Source of the DNA: Sulfurovum sp. UBA4779
GTDB lineage: Bacteria > Campylobacterota > Campylobacteria > Campylobacterales > Sulfurovaceae
NCBI GenBank assembly: GCA_002403155.1
Contig: DHHF01000009.1
Coordinates: 28,200-92,199 of the forward strand
DNA: 64,000 nt
Direction of reading: 5' to 3'
A program made the position numbers and the translations under genes. Below the pieces are notes generated by a model. It had not been told where the DNA came from and made no database searches. It was given only the letters and a program-made list of their open reading frames with translations. Positions 1 to 11,219 of the stretch are shown here, one piece after another; position 1 is the first letter of the stretch; every line of letters starts with the position of its first letter.

Positions 1-274
1 GCGCTTCTTGTCCTTCATCGCTCAACAGTTCAAACGCCTCTTTGCCGTCCGTTGTTCCGGTAATATAGGCCATACTGACCATGATAGCCATCAAAGTAAT
101 AAACAAAAATGAAGTAACACTCACGGCTCTTCTTTTAAGCACAAGATTGACAAGCTCCAACAGAAGAACAACGACAGGCAAGGCAATAGCAAAATGATCT
201 ATCGGCGGATGCAGTAAAAGGGGTATGTCAAACGGGAGATTTATGGCAGGCAATGTGATAGATGGAAGTTCCAT
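1..274 (-). CDS. Membrane protein, DUF2231-like (5' part only; runs off the window start)
   Basis: Manual translation from ATG at 274 (SD AAGGAG upstream): MELPSITLPAINLPFDIPLLLHPPIDHFAIALPVVVLLLELVNLVLKRRAVSVTSFLFITLMAIMVSMAYITGTTDGKEAF. The HPxxxHFxIALP motif plus TM helices fits the family. Not in the ORF track. Confidence 0.7.
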   Translation of the reverse strand, partial: MELPSITLPAINLPFDIPLLLHPPIDHFAIALPVVVLLLELVNLVLKRRAVSVTSFLFITLMAIMVSMAYITGTTDGKEAFELLSDEGQEA

Positions 275-337
275 GTAGTACTCCTTCTTATTTTTATGAA
301 AAATTATAGCATAAAATAATCTTATTTTATGCCGTTT

Positions 338-772
338 TTAAAACGGTTTTACGACCACCATAATCACGATAAAGATCATCAGCAGCGTCGGGACTTCATT
401 ATAAACCCTTAAATATTTGCTTGTTTTATAGTGAGGGTTATCAAGCATGATCTTACGTATATTTCCCAACGAAACATGATAGGCTATCAAAAATGTCACC
501 AAAACCAGCTTTGCATGCATCCATCCGCCGCTTGAAAAAATACCTGCATTTAAATAGATCATTGCCAAACCTGAAAATACGGTCGCCCACATTGCAGGCA
601 CTCCTATATATTTAAAAAGCTTATATTCTTGTATCTCTACAATATCGGTAAAAGATTTATTGTCTGCATTTTCACGATGATAGATGAACAATCTTGGCAG
701 ATAAAACAGCATTGCCATCCAACTGACAAAACTCATCACATGAAATGCCAATATCCATGTATAAAACTCCAT
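338..772 (-). CDS. hemJ: Protoporphyrinogen oxidase HemJ
   Basis: AFHVMSFVSWMAMLFYLPRLFIYH, WMHAKL and NEVPTLLMIFIVIMVVVKPF are typical HemJ motifs. Confidence 0.92.
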   Translation of the reverse strand: MEFYTWILAFHVMSFVSWMAMLFYLPRLFIYHRENADNKSFTDIVEIQEYKLFKYIGVPAMWATVFSGLAMIYLNAGIFSSGGWMHAKLVLVTFLIAYHVSLGNIRKIMLDNPHYKTSKYLRVYNEVPTLLMIFIVIMVVVKPF

Positions 773-2322
773 TATTTCCTCACTACGCTAACATCTTTTT
801 TGTCGTACACAACCACTTGCAACTGTTTATAATACCCTAAATGCCCATAGTGTATCTTTAGTTTGCTTCCTTGAGGGGGAATATCTTTCCTATTTTTGAA
901 ATGGATAGGCAACACCTGTTCGTTAAAATGAAAGTTTTTATCTTTGTAGATACCGACAATATCTTTAAGCACTTCATTTTGCATTTTGGAATTTTGGTTA
1001 AAATAGGAATCGGTTTGCACTTTGCCTTTCTCTTTGACCCTATAAGCATGGGTAATCTCTTTGAGCCCATGATATGAAGCAATATTTTGCACCAAGATAT
1101 CATAGCGATACCCCTCTTGAAGTTTTTTTGCGCAGCCGTAAAGATAGATGCCGCGCCCGTTCGGACTCTGTTTGATCAAAGCATGATTTCTTCGTTTCAT
1201 TACCACGACTGCATTTTCCAGCAAAACTTCTTCCTTTAAAGAATCAATACCATAAAAAAACTCTATCGGCTTGGAAACAGCTGTTTTTTGCTCTTGTAAA
1301 TTTTTATCCGGCACATAAGGATGCATGTCAAAGACGGCATAGACAGGCAAGTGATCAGAATACCCCTTGCCCAGATGCTTGCCATGGCCATATTGCCAAC
1401 GGTTGATCTGCCCTTTGCTTGCAAAAAGATAAGGGGCCTTAAAAACTCTAAAAGAATGATTCACATAATCAATGCCTTTTTCATCAAACATGCTGGCAGG
1501 AAGCAATATATGATCCAAAGTACTTTTATTGCCATAAAATTTATGGCTCCATCTTTGTGTAAAAGGAAGCTCTTGCCATAGATTATAATGACTTCCTTTT
1601 TGCGCTTTGGCTATTTCATGTTTTTGCAAAAGTTTTTCATTGTGAACAGTAAGCAGCACGTCATTAATGCCGGTTCGCCCGTTAGTATCGTCAAGCCTAT
1701 GACTTAATGTCAAATAGGCGTCATAATTGCTATTGAGATCGCCCATCACGATATAATCCAGCCCCAAAGGAAGCATCGCGATACGCTCTTTTAGCTTTTC
1801 AGCATACGCCATACGCTTGCTCTCTGTGCCCCCTCTGCTTTTTGACTTCCAATGATTGACAAAAAGTTTCAAAGGATGGCCTTGCACTTCTACATCCGCC
1901 TCCAATATATTGCGTACATTGGGCTCATAGCTTACCGTTAATTCTCTGTATGCTTGTATAGGATACCGTGAAAACAGCGCTACTTGAATGGAGGTATTCG
2001 GTTTTGTTGTAATCGCACGGTATTGATAACCGCACCCTACCTCTTCTAAACGCTTTTGGAGTTTTTTAAGGATGCTGTCGTTTTCAACCTCTTGAAGCCC
2101 TACGATATCTGCATCCAAATCACAAATCACTTCAGCAGCATGATTGAGCTTGATCTCCATCATCGGCTCGCTCCAACAATGTTTGCCGGGGATATACTCT
2201 TTGTATTCCGTTCCCTGCAACGACATATCAAAAAGGTTTTCAACATTATAGGTTGCCACTTTAAAAGGGTTTGCCAACAATAAAAAAGGCACAAGCAGCA
2301 GTATACAATATCTCAAAATCAC
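772..2322 (-). CDS. Secreted endonuclease/exonuclease/phosphatase (EEP) family protein with a C-terminal extension
   Basis: Signal peptide; ATYNVENLFD, GLQEVEN, VNHWKSK, MGDLNS, LDHIL and GYSDHLPV catalytic motifs. Confidence 0.85.
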   Translation of the reverse strand: MILRYCILLLVPFLLLANPFKVATYNVENLFDMSLQGTEYKEYIPGKHCWSEPMMEIKLNHAAEVICDLDADIVGLQEVENDSILKKLQKRLEEVGCGYQYRAITTKPNTSIQVALFSRYPIQAYRELTVSYEPNVRNILEADVEVQGHPLKLFVNHWKSKSRGGTESKRMAYAEKLKERIAMLPLGLDYIVMGDLNSNYDAYLTLSHRLDDTNGRTGINDVLLTVHNEKLLQKHEIAKAQKGSHYNLWQELPFTQRWSHKFYGNKSTLDHILLPASMFDEKGIDYVNHSFRVFKAPYLFASKGQINRWQYGHGKHLGKGYSDHLPVYAVFDMHPYVPDKNLQEQKTAVSKPIEFFYGIDSLKEEVLLENAVVVMKRRNHALIKQSPNGRGIYLYGCAKKLQEGYRYDILVQNIASYHGLKEITHAYRVKEKGKVQTDSYFNQNSKMQNEVLKDIVGIYKDKNFHFNEQVLPIHFKNRKDIPPQGSKLKIHYGHLGYYKQLQVVVYDKKDVSVVRK

Positions 2323-2417
2323 TCTCCCTTTTAACGAAATATTGTATCAAAGCAAAAAAGAAAGAAAATAAAAAATGTCAAATTGTCAATTTTTTATGTC
2401 GCATGCAACAGATTGAC

Positions 2418-3305
2418 TTATCGGGATTCGTCTCTGGGGAACTCTTGCGCGGATACGATGCCGTCTTCTTCAAGTATAATCTGGTTGCTTTCGATCAGTG
2501 CCGTAAGCGTACGTTTGAAATTTTTTTTGCTCAATTGAAACATATTTTGAATCTCTTGCGCATCGCTTTTATAGGTAAAAGGCAGACGGCCTTTGTTTTC
2601 TGCAAGCAGCTGCAAAATTTTTTGCTGTGCTTCGTCTGTTTTGGCTTTTTTCCCTAGAGGCTGCAATGCAAGATCGAGCTTGCCGTCTTTTCTGACCGTT
2701 TTGATATAGGCTTTCTTTGTATCTCCTATATTTGTCTCTTCAAAGATCTCGTTGTCAAAAAGCATCCCTTCATACTGATTGTCCGCAACAACCTTATACC
2801 CCAAAGGGGTTTTGGCGATAATAAGTACTTGCATCTCTTTATTGGGATGCAGCCCTTTCATATCACGGTTAAAATATTTTCCTATCTTTTGTGTACCGTA
2901 AAGCCGTTTTGTTTGTTCATCCAAACAAATACGCAGAATATATTTTTTTCCGATATTGAAATACTCTTTTTGCTGAGAGAGAGGCACGAAAAGATCTTTT
3001 GGCAGCCCCCAATCTACAAATGCGCCGTATGATTTATAATCCACTACGGTAAAATAGCCATACTCGCCCAATTTTGCATAGGGCAGTTTGGTTGTCGCTA
3101 CGGGCCGATCCTCCGAATCCGTATAAATAAAAACATTGAGCAAAGCCCCCAGTGGCATTTCTTCTTTTTGGACATAAGCATTGGGCAAAAGAACCTCTTC
3201 GCCGTCTTGGGCACTCAAAAAAAGGCCAAACTCGCTTTCGCGTGCTGCTTTGAGGACGTTGGCTTCTCCTATCTTGATATATGTATCTTCGATTGTATTT
3301 TTCAT
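2418..3305 (-). CDS. cvfB: S1-domain RNA-binding protein CvfB/YitL family
   Basis: FGLFL..EEVLLPNAY, VFIYTDSEDRPVATT, GAFVDWGLPKDLFVP, C-terminal winged helix (SKKNFKRTL). Confidence 0.88.
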   Translation of the reverse strand: MKNTIEDTYIKIGEANVLKAARESEFGLFLSAQDGEEVLLPNAYVQKEEMPLGALLNVFIYTDSEDRPVATTKLPYAKLGEYGYFTVVDYKSYGAFVDWGLPKDLFVPLSQQKEYFNIGKKYILRICLDEQTKRLYGTQKIGKYFNRDMKGLHPNKEMQVLIIAKTPLGYKVVADNQYEGMLFDNEIFEETNIGDTKKAYIKTVRKDGKLDLALQPLGKKAKTDEAQQKILQLLAENKGRLPFTYKSDAQEIQNMFQLSKKNFKRTLTALIESNQIILEEDGIVSAQEFPRDESR

Positions 3306-3359
3306 ATTGGTTTTTCCGTTTCATATAAGCAGCACAAGGCAAATATGCCCTGCAAAGCA

Positions 3360-5129
3360 CTACTTGGCTATATTTTCTAGATGTTTTGCAAAATCTTCAG
3401 GCTTGATAAACCCCGTAAGGCTTTTTTGGGACAAAAAGTTATGGTCTTTGTCAAAAAAGATAATATTCGGCGTACCGAAAAGTTCAAACTTTTTGAGCAA
3501 TGCTTTGTCTTCTTCGGTATTTTTTGTTAAATCAATCTTGATAAATGTAAATTTTTTAAGCTGCTCTTGTACAAGCGGATGCGGGAAAGTAATCATTTCA
3601 AGCTCGTCGCACGCCGTACACGAATCTTTTCCAAAATCTACCGCCACCGGCTTTTGGGAAGCCTCAACTTCTCTCATCAATCTTTCTACAGAGTATCCCA
3701 AATGAATATTTTTGTCTGCTTTCTGAAGAGAACTTGCGGTTTTGGTGCCGGATGTAAATTTTTCAAACGGATGAAGCATCGAAGAAGCGCCGCTCAGTGC
3801 ACCCACAAACAACGATGCCCCATACAGCAAAAAGACCAATGCAAGAAGCCTGAAAAGCTTTAGCGCCCCTTCATTTTCTTTGTTTTCAAAAACACCCATA
3901 TAGAGCGCTGCCCCCATAAACAACAGTGCCCAAAGCAGCATCGTGATGCCCTCTGGCAGGATACGGCCAAGCATAAAGATGGCAAGTGCCAGCATCACCA
4001 CACCAAAACTTTGCGATACGCGCATCATCCATCCTCCCGGCCGAGGCATAAACTTGCCTGCGCCGATTCCGACCAAAAGCAACGGCATCCCCATCCCCAT
4101 ACTCATAACAAACAGCGCCCATCCTCCAAGCCATGCATCTCCGGTATGGGAGATAAACAACACGGCTCCGCCGAGCGGAGGTGCAACACAAGGACCCACA
4201 ATCAGCGCAGAAAGCAATCCCATAGCGGCTGTTCCTAAAAGCCCCTTGCTTTTAGCCGCCTCGTCACTGGCTTGTGAGATTTTAGACTGCCAAGAAGCAG
4301 GAAGTCCTATCTCATAATAACCAAAAAGCGAAAAAGCCAAAGCAACAAAAAGTCCGGCAAACAGCGTTAAAATCCAAGGATTTTGCATTGCCGCCTGGAT
4401 ATCTGCCCCCACAAGCCCGGCGATCACTCCCACAAATGTATACGTTAGCGCCATAGAAACGACATAGACCAATGAGATGAAAAACGCTTTGATGATGCTG
4501 GGTTTTTCTTCCCCTGCCTGCGAAACGATAATAGAAGACAAGATCGGAATCATCGGAAAAACACAAGGCGTAAGGGCGAGCAGCAAGCCAAAGATAAAAA
4601 ACAGCAAGATCACAAACCATGAACTCTCGCTTTTTAGCACATCGGCGATTTTGGCCGTATTGCCCTCTTGGGTCAAAGAAGAAATCTTCTCAAACAGGCT
4701 TGGCTCAACACCTTCAAATTGAAAGGTTTTCGTGACAGGCTGATAGCAAATCCCCTTATCTGAACACCCCTCAAATTTGACTGCCAGCGTATAATCCCCT
4801 TTGACTTGAGATTCGACCTCATTGACCGGGATAGAGATATGAACATCTTTCTCGTACACTTCATCCCCGTCAAAATCGATTGCTTGGGGCTTTGTGACTT
4901 GAAGTTTTTTTTCTGCCGGAGCCACAATCATAAATTCCAATGATTTTTTGTAGACATGGATACTCTCGGCAATTGCAATGTGGATATCGATTTTATCGTT
5001 TTGTTTGACCGCACTGACCTTGAAGGCATCTTCAGGCTTTAAAAACTCCTCTTTTTGAGCCATACTGCCAAACCCTGCCAATACAACGGTACTCAAAACA
5101 ATACCCGTCAAAAGTATTTTTTTTATCAT
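3360..5129 (-). CDS. dsbD: Thiol:disulfide interchange protein DsbD
   Basis: N-domain GCSDKGICY, TM TPCVFP and GPCVAPP, C-terminal thioredoxin CTAC. Start moved to MIKK (5129) for SD spacing. Confidence 0.92.
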   Translation of the reverse strand: MIKKILLTGIVLSTVVLAGFGSMAQKEEFLKPEDAFKVSAVKQNDKIDIHIAIAESIHVYKKSLEFMIVAPAEKKLQVTKPQAIDFDGDEVYEKDVHISIPVNEVESQVKGDYTLAVKFEGCSDKGICYQPVTKTFQFEGVEPSLFEKISSLTQEGNTAKIADVLKSESSWFVILLFFIFGLLLALTPCVFPMIPILSSIIVSQAGEEKPSIIKAFFISLVYVVSMALTYTFVGVIAGLVGADIQAAMQNPWILTLFAGLFVALAFSLFGYYEIGLPASWQSKISQASDEAAKSKGLLGTAAMGLLSALIVGPCVAPPLGGAVLFISHTGDAWLGGWALFVMSMGMGMPLLLVGIGAGKFMPRPGGWMMRVSQSFGVVMLALAIFMLGRILPEGITMLLWALLFMGAALYMGVFENKENEGALKLFRLLALVFLLYGASLFVGALSGASSMLHPFEKFTSGTKTASSLQKADKNIHLGYSVERLMREVEASQKPVAVDFGKDSCTACDELEMITFPHPLVQEQLKKFTFIKIDLTKNTEEDKALLKKFELFGTPNIIFFDKDHNFLSQKSLTGFIKPEDFAKHLENIAK

Positions 5130-5185
5130 ATCGCCCATTCCTTGCCTTTTGTTCTTTAATTTTATGCAATTGTAGTATTATTTTT

Positions 5186-5202
5186 ATAGATAAATTATCT
5201 AT
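5186..5202. promoter_or_regulatory. Perfect 8-1-8 palindrome ATAGATAA-A-TTATCTAT between divergent dsbD and the YyaL-like gene
   Basis: Inverted repeat read directly from the sequence; the operator role is inferred. Confidence 0.35.
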
Positions 5203-5247
5203 CGAACAAATATTATAATACAAATTGATTAACAAAAAGGTCCCTTT

Positions 5248-7191
5248 ATGGCAAACCATCTTAAAAACGAATCCTCCGCATACTTGCAGCAGCATACAAA
5301 CAATCCGGTAGATTGGTATCCGTGGTGTGAAAAAGCGTTCAAAAAAGCCAAAGAAGAGCACAAGCCCGTATTTCTTTCAATCGGCTACAGCTCATGCCAT
5401 TGGTGCCATGTCATGGAGCGTGAATCTTTTGAGGACAAACATATTGCAAAAATCCTAAACGATCATTTTGTCTGCATTAAAGTAGACAAAGAAGAACGTC
5501 CCGATATCGATAGGCATTTTCAAGAAGTCTATCGGCTGATGAATTCCCGTCCGGGAGGCTGGCCTGCGTCCATTTTCCTGACCGAAGAGATGAAACCTTT
5601 TTATGCGGCAACCTATATCCCTCCCGAACCCAAATACGGCATGATGGGTTTTGAGTCGCTGCTTAAAACCATTATAGAAAAATACGACACACAAAAAGAG
5701 ATTCTTATCCAAAAAGCAGAAGAAATTTTAACTTTTCTTGATCCTAAAACAGACAAGATTCAAGCAACGAAACTTGATGAAAGCATTATCGAACGTTTCT
5801 TAAATCAAGCCGAACATTTTTTTGATCCCCAAGACGGAGGGTTCAACAAAGCTCCCAAATTTCCGCAAACTACCATTCTTGATTTGCTGCTTGACCTTTA
5901 TCTTCTGACAAAAAATAAAGAGGCGCTCTCCATGGCGGCAATTTCGCTTTCGTCGATGGCAAAAGGCGGACTTTACGACAGGATTGAAAGCGGTTTTTGC
6001 CGCTACTCTACCGATAACCAATGGCTGATTCCCCATTTTGAAAAAATGGCTTACGACAATGCTTTGCTTGCCGAAGTCTACCTGAAAGCCTACCATATTA
6101 CCAAAAACCGCTTTTATAAAACAATTGCGTTTGATACGCTCGATTTTATGCTTCAAACAATGAGCCGCAATGGCCTTTTTCATGCTGCGAGCGATGCAGA
6201 TACGCAAAATGAGGAAGGCAAATATTTTGTTTATACGTACGAAGAAGCGATAAAATCCTTCGAAGAAGCCAAAATACCCCATGACCGACACGCTACGCTG
6301 GCAGATTTTTTGCACATCACTCCGGAGGGCAATTTTGAGGGCAAAAACATTGTTTGGGTAAAAGATCCGCAAGATTTGAATATTCCATTCTATCAAGAAG
6401 CAATTTTGGCTTTAAAAAAGTGCAGAAAAAAGCGTATCCATCCTTTTGTAGATACAAAAATCATTGTCTCATGGAATGCGATGATGATCAAAACCCTTTT
6501 TAAAGCAGGGCGCATCAACAAAGAGTATCTAACGGCAGCCGTTGCCTCTCTTGAGAAGCTGCTTGAAGCCATGTATCTCCGCTCTGAACTTTTTCATTCT
6601 GCCTATCTCAACGAAAAACCAAAAATTTCTGCTTTTTTGGAAGATTATGCTTTTTTGGCAGAGGCGCTGATAGAGGCTTACAAAAGTACACTAAACGAAA
6701 AATACCTCATCACTGCAACCCAGCTGGCAAACAGTGCAATCAAAAAATACTATGAACACGGAAAATGGAAATTTTCTCGCGGCGAATTTGAAACTAATGC
6801 AGATATCTATGACAGCGCATATCCTTCTGCTGTCTCAACAATGCTTTCGGTGCTTTTGAGCCTTTCTTCGCTGGCAGATGCCGTTTATAAAAAATTTGTT
6901 TTTAAGACTTTGGAAATATACTCTTATGACCTTATGCGCCAACCCATCTCAACGCCCAAGCTGACCCATATAGCGATACGCTATCTTAAAGACGACCTTA
7001 TCATGAGAGCCAAAGAAGAAATACTTAAAACACATATCGATGAATTGGATAGCATCCCTTATCCTTTTATATTGTTTAAAAACAGTTTCGATGAGGGCAT
7101 TATGCTCTGCAACAGCAGCAGCTGCTTCGGGGAGGAAAAAGAGTTTGCCAAAATTATCGATCGCATACAGATACAAACAAAAAACAGTTAA
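5248..7191 (+). CDS. YyaL/SSP411-family thioredoxin-domain protein (thioredoxin + alpha/alpha barrel)
   Basis: [53 protein letters not shown]. Confidence 0.9.
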   Translation: MANHLKNESSAYLQQHTNNPVDWYPWCEKAFKKAKEEHKPVFLSIGYSSCHWCHVMERESFEDKHIAKILNDHFVCIKVDKEERPDIDRHFQEVYRLMNSRPGGWPASIFLTEEMKPFYAATYIPPEPKYGMMGFESLLKTIIEKYDTQKEILIQKAEEILTFLDPKTDKIQATKLDESIIERFLNQAEHFFDPQDGGFNKAPKFPQTTILDLLLDLYLLTKNKEALSMAAISLSSMAKGGLYDRIESGFCRYSTDNQWLIPHFEKMAYDNALLAEVYLKAYHITKNRFYKTIAFDTLDFMLQTMSRNGLFHAASDADTQNEEGKYFVYTYEEAIKSFEEAKIPHDRHATLADFLHITPEGNFEGKNIVWVKDPQDLNIPFYQEAILALKKCRKKRIHPFVDTKIIVSWNAMMIKTLFKAGRINKEYLTAAVASLEKLLEAMYLRSELFHSAYLNEKPKISAFLEDYAFLAEALIEAYKSTLNEKYLITATQLANSAIKKYYEHGKWKFSRGEFETNADIYDSAYPSAVSTMLSVLLSLSSLADAVYKKFVFKTLEIYSYDLMRQPISTPKLTHIAIRYLKDDLIMRAKEEILKTHIDELDSIPYPFILFKNSFDEGIMLCNSSSCFGEEKEFAKIIDRIQIQTKNS

Positions 7192-7231
7192 GCGGTTTTA
7201 TAAAATACAGCCTAACCGTGCCCAGGATTGG

Positions 7232-7963
7232 CTACAGCAAACTCCAAATCATTCTCAATGCGATAAGATACAGCAAAACCGCTATGATTTTTTTGATATG
7301 ATGTGCTTCCAGCCTAAAATGCATAATCCTGTTGCCTATATAGCCTCCCATTACTGCTGCGACAGCGACCACGCTTAGCAAAATCCAATCAATTTGCACA
7401 AAAGAAGCATAAGACAAAAAAGCGCTAAAGGTTGAAAACGGTACCATAAAACTCACCGCAATTGCCATTTTCTTTGCATCAAAGCCAAGCAAAATCATAA
7501 TGGGCATAATCACCGATCCTCCTCCCACACCAAGGATTCCTGAGATATACCCCACTATCCCTCCTACGGCATAAAGTATCCAAACCTGTTCGTATTTTAA
7601 TTTTGCCTCTTTTTTTGAAAAGATCAGCATCGTAGCGCTAAAAAGCAAAAACCCTACAAACCCCCATTTTATATAGATGATATCGATATATTTCGAGCTG
7701 ATCGCTCCAAGTGGAGCGCTCAGCATAGAAGATATCACCAAAGGCAAAGCAAATCGTATATCCAAAACTTTTCGTTTGATATTTAAAATGGTTGCCGTAA
7801 GGGTGGTAGCCGTATTGACAAAGAGAGCAATCGCTTTGGCAAAATTAAATCCAAGTCCCAAAAAATCAAAAATAGGCACAAGCGCAACGGCACTTCCTAT
7901 TCCGCCCATTGCAAAAAAGGATGCAAGAACAACCGTGATCAAAAAGAAAAAAAGATACTCCAT
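7232..7963 (-). CDS. Sulfite exporter TauE/SafE family membrane protein
   Basis: GIGSAVALVP and SGILGVGGGSVIMP repeats; polytopic hydrophobic protein; start at MEYLF. Confidence 0.85.
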   Translation of the reverse strand: MEYLFFFLITVVLASFFAMGGIGSAVALVPIFDFLGLGFNFAKAIALFVNTATTLTATILNIKRKVLDIRFALPLVISSMLSAPLGAISSKYIDIIYIKWGFVGFLLFSATMLIFSKKEAKLKYEQVWILYAVGGIVGYISGILGVGGGSVIMPIMILLGFDAKKMAIAVSFMVPFSTFSAFLSYASFVQIDWILLSVVAVAAVMGGYIGNRIMHFRLEAHHIKKIIAVLLYLIALRMIWSLL

Positions 7964-8286
7964 TAATTTATATGATGCCCTTTTGCAGATTTTTCGTTGC
8001 TTTTTTAATGTTGGCACTAACCGTTATGGTGGCCTTCGTCATTAATCCGTTTTATAAAAGTATTGTATTGATTTATGTTTATTATAAGATTATATAAATA
8101 TAAAATTAAATTTTTTGTTTGCCGTCCATTAGTCAAGGAAAAAGAAGTTTTTGCAATATTCTGTACTGTTTTGTTGGTGCAAGACCTAACCAACTGTTCA
8201 TTTTTGCTTAAAGCATCACTCTTTTTTTAAAAACGCCCAATGGTACACGGCGCTCTTTTGATGCCATCAGGATACTCTTTTATATA

Positions 8287-8586
8287 CTAGTAACTTTTTG
8301 CATTATTGAATTCTGTGATTTCGCTCTCCACCATTGCATCGATCATTCTGACATACAAATCATTGATAAGGTTGGGAGAAAGCCCCAGCGAAATAGCCTG
8401 TTCTCTCACTCTTGAGATGACATCCTGTATCCGCTCTTCTGCTTTGATTTCATCAATACTGTTTTTAAAATGTGCGATTTGTTTGATATATTCGTTTCGC
8501 TGAGCGATCAATTTTACAATCTGTTCATCTACTTTGTCAATTTCTTCTCTGGCTTCTTGAAGCGTCATACATTTTTTTATTTCCAT
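8287..8586 (-). CDS. Chorismate mutase (type II, AroQ-like, stand-alone)
   Basis: LQEAREEIDKVDEQIVKLIAQR...IKAEERIQDVISRVR. Confidence 0.85.
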   Translation of the reverse strand: MEIKKCMTLQEAREEIDKVDEQIVKLIAQRNEYIKQIAHFKNSIDEIKAEERIQDVISRVREQAISLGLSPNLINDLYVRMIDAMVESEITEFNNAKSY

Positions 8587-8660
8587 GTTCTGTCCTTGAA
8601 ATGTATCGTCTTAATAAAATGATTATAGCTTAAAATGAATTAATGAGAGGAAAGGAAGAT

Positions 8661-8687
8661 AAATCCCCTCTGCAAGAGAGAGGATTT
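8661..8687 (-). terminator. Intrinsic terminator after dnaK
   Basis: Hairpin AAATCCTCTCT-CTTGC-AGAGGGGATTT followed by a pyrimidine run on the - strand. Confidence 0.6.
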
Positions 8688-8706
8688 AGAAGTTTTACGT
8701 AACAAA

Positions 8707-10587
8707 TTACTCTACTTCAGCATCGATTACGTCATCATCGTTTGCTTTTTTGCCGCCTGTTGCAGCATCGCCTTTGCCTTGCTCTTTGGCATAGATCGCT
8801 TCTGCCAGTTTGTGGCTTTTCTCGGTAAGAGCTTTCAATTTCTCTTCGATCTGTTCTTTGGTTGCATTATCGTCTTTCAGCGTTGCCTCAAGATCTTCTA
8901 TTGCTTTTTCTATATTGGCTTTTTCGCCGGCATCAAAATTTTCACCCAAATCACTCAATGATTTTTTTGTTTGGTGGATTAAGGCATCTGCTTGGTTTTT
9001 TGTTTCGACTATGGCTTTTCGTTTTTCGTCTTCTGCTTTGTGTGCTTCTGCATCTTTCACCATTTTTTCGATCTCTGCATCGCTCAATCCTGACGATCCT
9101 GTAATTTTAATCTCTTGAGATTTGCCGGTCCCTTTGTCTTTTGCCGACACCGTCAAGATACCGTTGGCATCGATATCAAAAGTCACCTCAATTTGAGGTA
9201 CCCCCCTAGGGGCTGCAGGAATATCTCTTAGCTCAAACATACCCAATGACTTGTTATCTTTTGCAAACTCGCGCTCACCCTGAAGCACATGGATGCTAAC
9301 GGCAGGCTGGTTGTCTTCTGCCGTTGAAAACACTTGCGATTTTTTTGCAGGGATTGTCGTGCCCTTTTCGATTACTTTTGTTGTCACTCCGCCCAATGTT
9401 TCAATCCCTAGGCTTAAAGGCGTAACGTCAAGAAGCAACACATCTTTAACTTCCCCCGCAAGTACGCCGCCTTGGATAGCCGCACCAAGCGCAACCACTT
9501 CATCAGGGTTTACCGATTTGTTAAGTTCTTTGCCAAAGAATTTTTTCACCTCTTCTTGGACCAAAGGAACTCTTGTCGATCCGCCGACCATTACCACTTC
9601 ATTGATTTGAGATTTATTGAGTCCCGCATCTTTGAGAACGGCTTCAATCGTTTTGATTGTGCCTGCTACAAGGTCTGAAATCAATGACTCAAACTTGGCT
9701 CTGGTAATCTTTTTAACCAAATGTTTAGGACCTGTCGCATCCGCAGTGATAAACGGCAGGTTGATTTCTGTTTCCATGGCGGAAGAAAGCTCTTTTTTGG
9801 CTGTTTCGGCTGCATCTTTTATTCTCTGAAGCGCCATGACATCGGATTTGATATCAATTCCCGTTTCAGATTTGAATTCATTGGCGATAAAATCGATAAT
9901 TCTGTTGTCAAAATCATCTCCGCCGAGGAATGCATCACCGCCTGTTGCCATAACTTCAACGACATTGTCGCCTGTTTCAAGGGTTGTTACGTCAAACGTA
10001 CCCCCTCCCAGGTCATAAACAACGATCTGTTCGGATTCTTTTTTGTCCAACCCGTACGCAAGTGCTGCCGCTGTCGGCTCGTTAATGATTCTCAATACGT
10101 TCAATCCTGCAATCGTTCCTGCTTCTTTCGTCGCTTTTCTTTGCGCATCGTTAAAATAAGCCGGAACCGTGATAACCGCATCGGTTACTTTTTCTCCAAG
10201 ATAGGCTTCTGCATCCTCTTTTAGCTTCATCAAAACCTTTGCAGAAATTTCTTGAGGCGTATACACTTTTCCTGCCACTTCGATCGCACATGCGCCGTTT
10301 CTATCGATCACATGATAAGGCAATCTCTCTTTTGCTTCGGCAGCTTTCTCTTCATCGCTCATAAGCCCCATAATTCTTTTAATAGAGTAGATGGTTTTTT
10401 CCGGGTTGGTAACGGCTTGTCTTTTTGCCGTTTCGCCTACAAGCACCTCGCCTTTATCTGTAAAAGCTACAATGGAAGGGGTTGTATTTTTTCCTTCTTT
10501 GTTGGCAATAATTGCCGCCTCGCCGTTTATATAAACTGCCATAGCAGAGTTTGTTGTTCCTAAATCTATTCCTAATACTTTACCCAT
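8707..10587 (-). CDS. dnaK: Chaperone DnaK (Hsp70)
   Basis: [42 protein letters not shown]. Confidence 0.99.
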   Translation of the reverse strand: MGKVLGIDLGTTNSAMAVYINGEAAIIANKEGKNTTPSIVAFTDKGEVLVGETAKRQAVTNPEKTIYSIKRIMGLMSDEEKAAEAKERLPYHVIDRNGACAIEVAGKVYTPQEISAKVLMKLKEDAEAYLGEKVTDAVITVPAYFNDAQRKATKEAGTIAGLNVLRIINEPTAAALAYGLDKKESEQIVVYDLGGGTFDVTTLETGDNVVEVMATGGDAFLGGDDFDNRIIDFIANEFKSETGIDIKSDVMALQRIKDAAETAKKELSSAMETEINLPFITADATGPKHLVKKITRAKFESLISDLVAGTIKTIEAVLKDAGLNKSQINEVVMVGGSTRVPLVQEEVKKFFGKELNKSVNPDEVVALGAAIQGGVLAGEVKDVLLLDVTPLSLGIETLGGVTTKVIEKGTTIPAKKSQVFSTAEDNQPAVSIHVLQGEREFAKDNKSLGMFELRDIPAAPRGVPQIEVTFDIDANGILTVSAKDKGTGKSQEIKITGSSGLSDAEIEKMVKDAEAHKAEDEKRKAIVETKNQADALIHQTKKSLSDLGENFDAGEKANIEKAIEDLEATLKDDNATKEQIEEKLKALTEKSHKLAEAIYAKEQGKGDAATGGKKANDDDVIDAEVE

Positions 10588-10609
10588 ATGCTATCCTTTC
10601 TTGAATTTT

Positions 10610-11155
10610 TTATTTTGCTACGCTGACCATTGCCGGTCTCAACACTCTCTCTTTAAGCGTATATCCTTTTTGCATCACCTGCACAATCTCATTTGACTGA
10701 TGATCCGGACTTTCTACTTGCATGATCACTTGATGAATTTCAGGGTCAAATACACCTGCACAGCTCACTTCTTTGACATAGTTTTTTTCTAAAACTTTTT
10801 TAAGCTGACCATACGTAAGTTTTACACCTTCTTTCATCTTTTCAAATATTTCATTCATATTCTCTTCGCTCACGCCTTCGATAGATACCAATGCATTTTC
10901 AAAAGAATCTATCACCGCTAAAAGATCTTTGGCAAAACTTTCATTGGCATAGGCAATTGCATTTATTTTATCTTTTTCCAGCCGCTTCTTGGAATTCTCA
11001 AAATCTGCATGCGCACGAAGATACTTGTCTTTGTACTCGTCTGCAAGGGCTTGAGCTTGAGTCAACAGATCTTCTTCTTTTCTCTCTTCTTGTTGATTTT
11101 CATTCTGCTCTTGGGATGCTTGCTCGTCTTGAAAATTCTCTTTCTCTTGACTCAT
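10610..11155 (-). CDS. grpE: Nucleotide exchange factor GrpE
   Basis: YLRAHADFENSKKR, FDPEIHQVI, QKGYTLKERVLRPAMVSV. Start MSQEK at 11155 with SD AAGGAGG. Confidence 0.97.
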   Translation of the reverse strand: MSQEKENFQDEQASQEQNENQQEERKEEDLLTQAQALADEYKDKYLRAHADFENSKKRLEKDKINAIAYANESFAKDLLAVIDSFENALVSIEGVSEENMNEIFEKMKEGVKLTYGQLKKVLEKNYVKEVSCAGVFDPEIHQVIMQVESPDHQSNEIVQVMQKGYTLKERVLRPAMVSVAK

Positions 11156-11219
11156 CAACACGCCTCCTTTTTGTAGATAGATTGCATCTTCTTTTAATGC
11201 TTGACAATAATTATACAAA

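Noticed and set aside
5186-5202. Fur box
   Set aside because: The core GATAA-A-TTATC is 2 nt shorter than the GATAAT-N-ATTATC 7-1-7 consensus
7972-8097. 41-aa hydrophobic + strand ORF (MMPFCRFFVAFLML…)
   Set aside because: No SD or promoter; T-rich DNA readily gives hydrophobic translations
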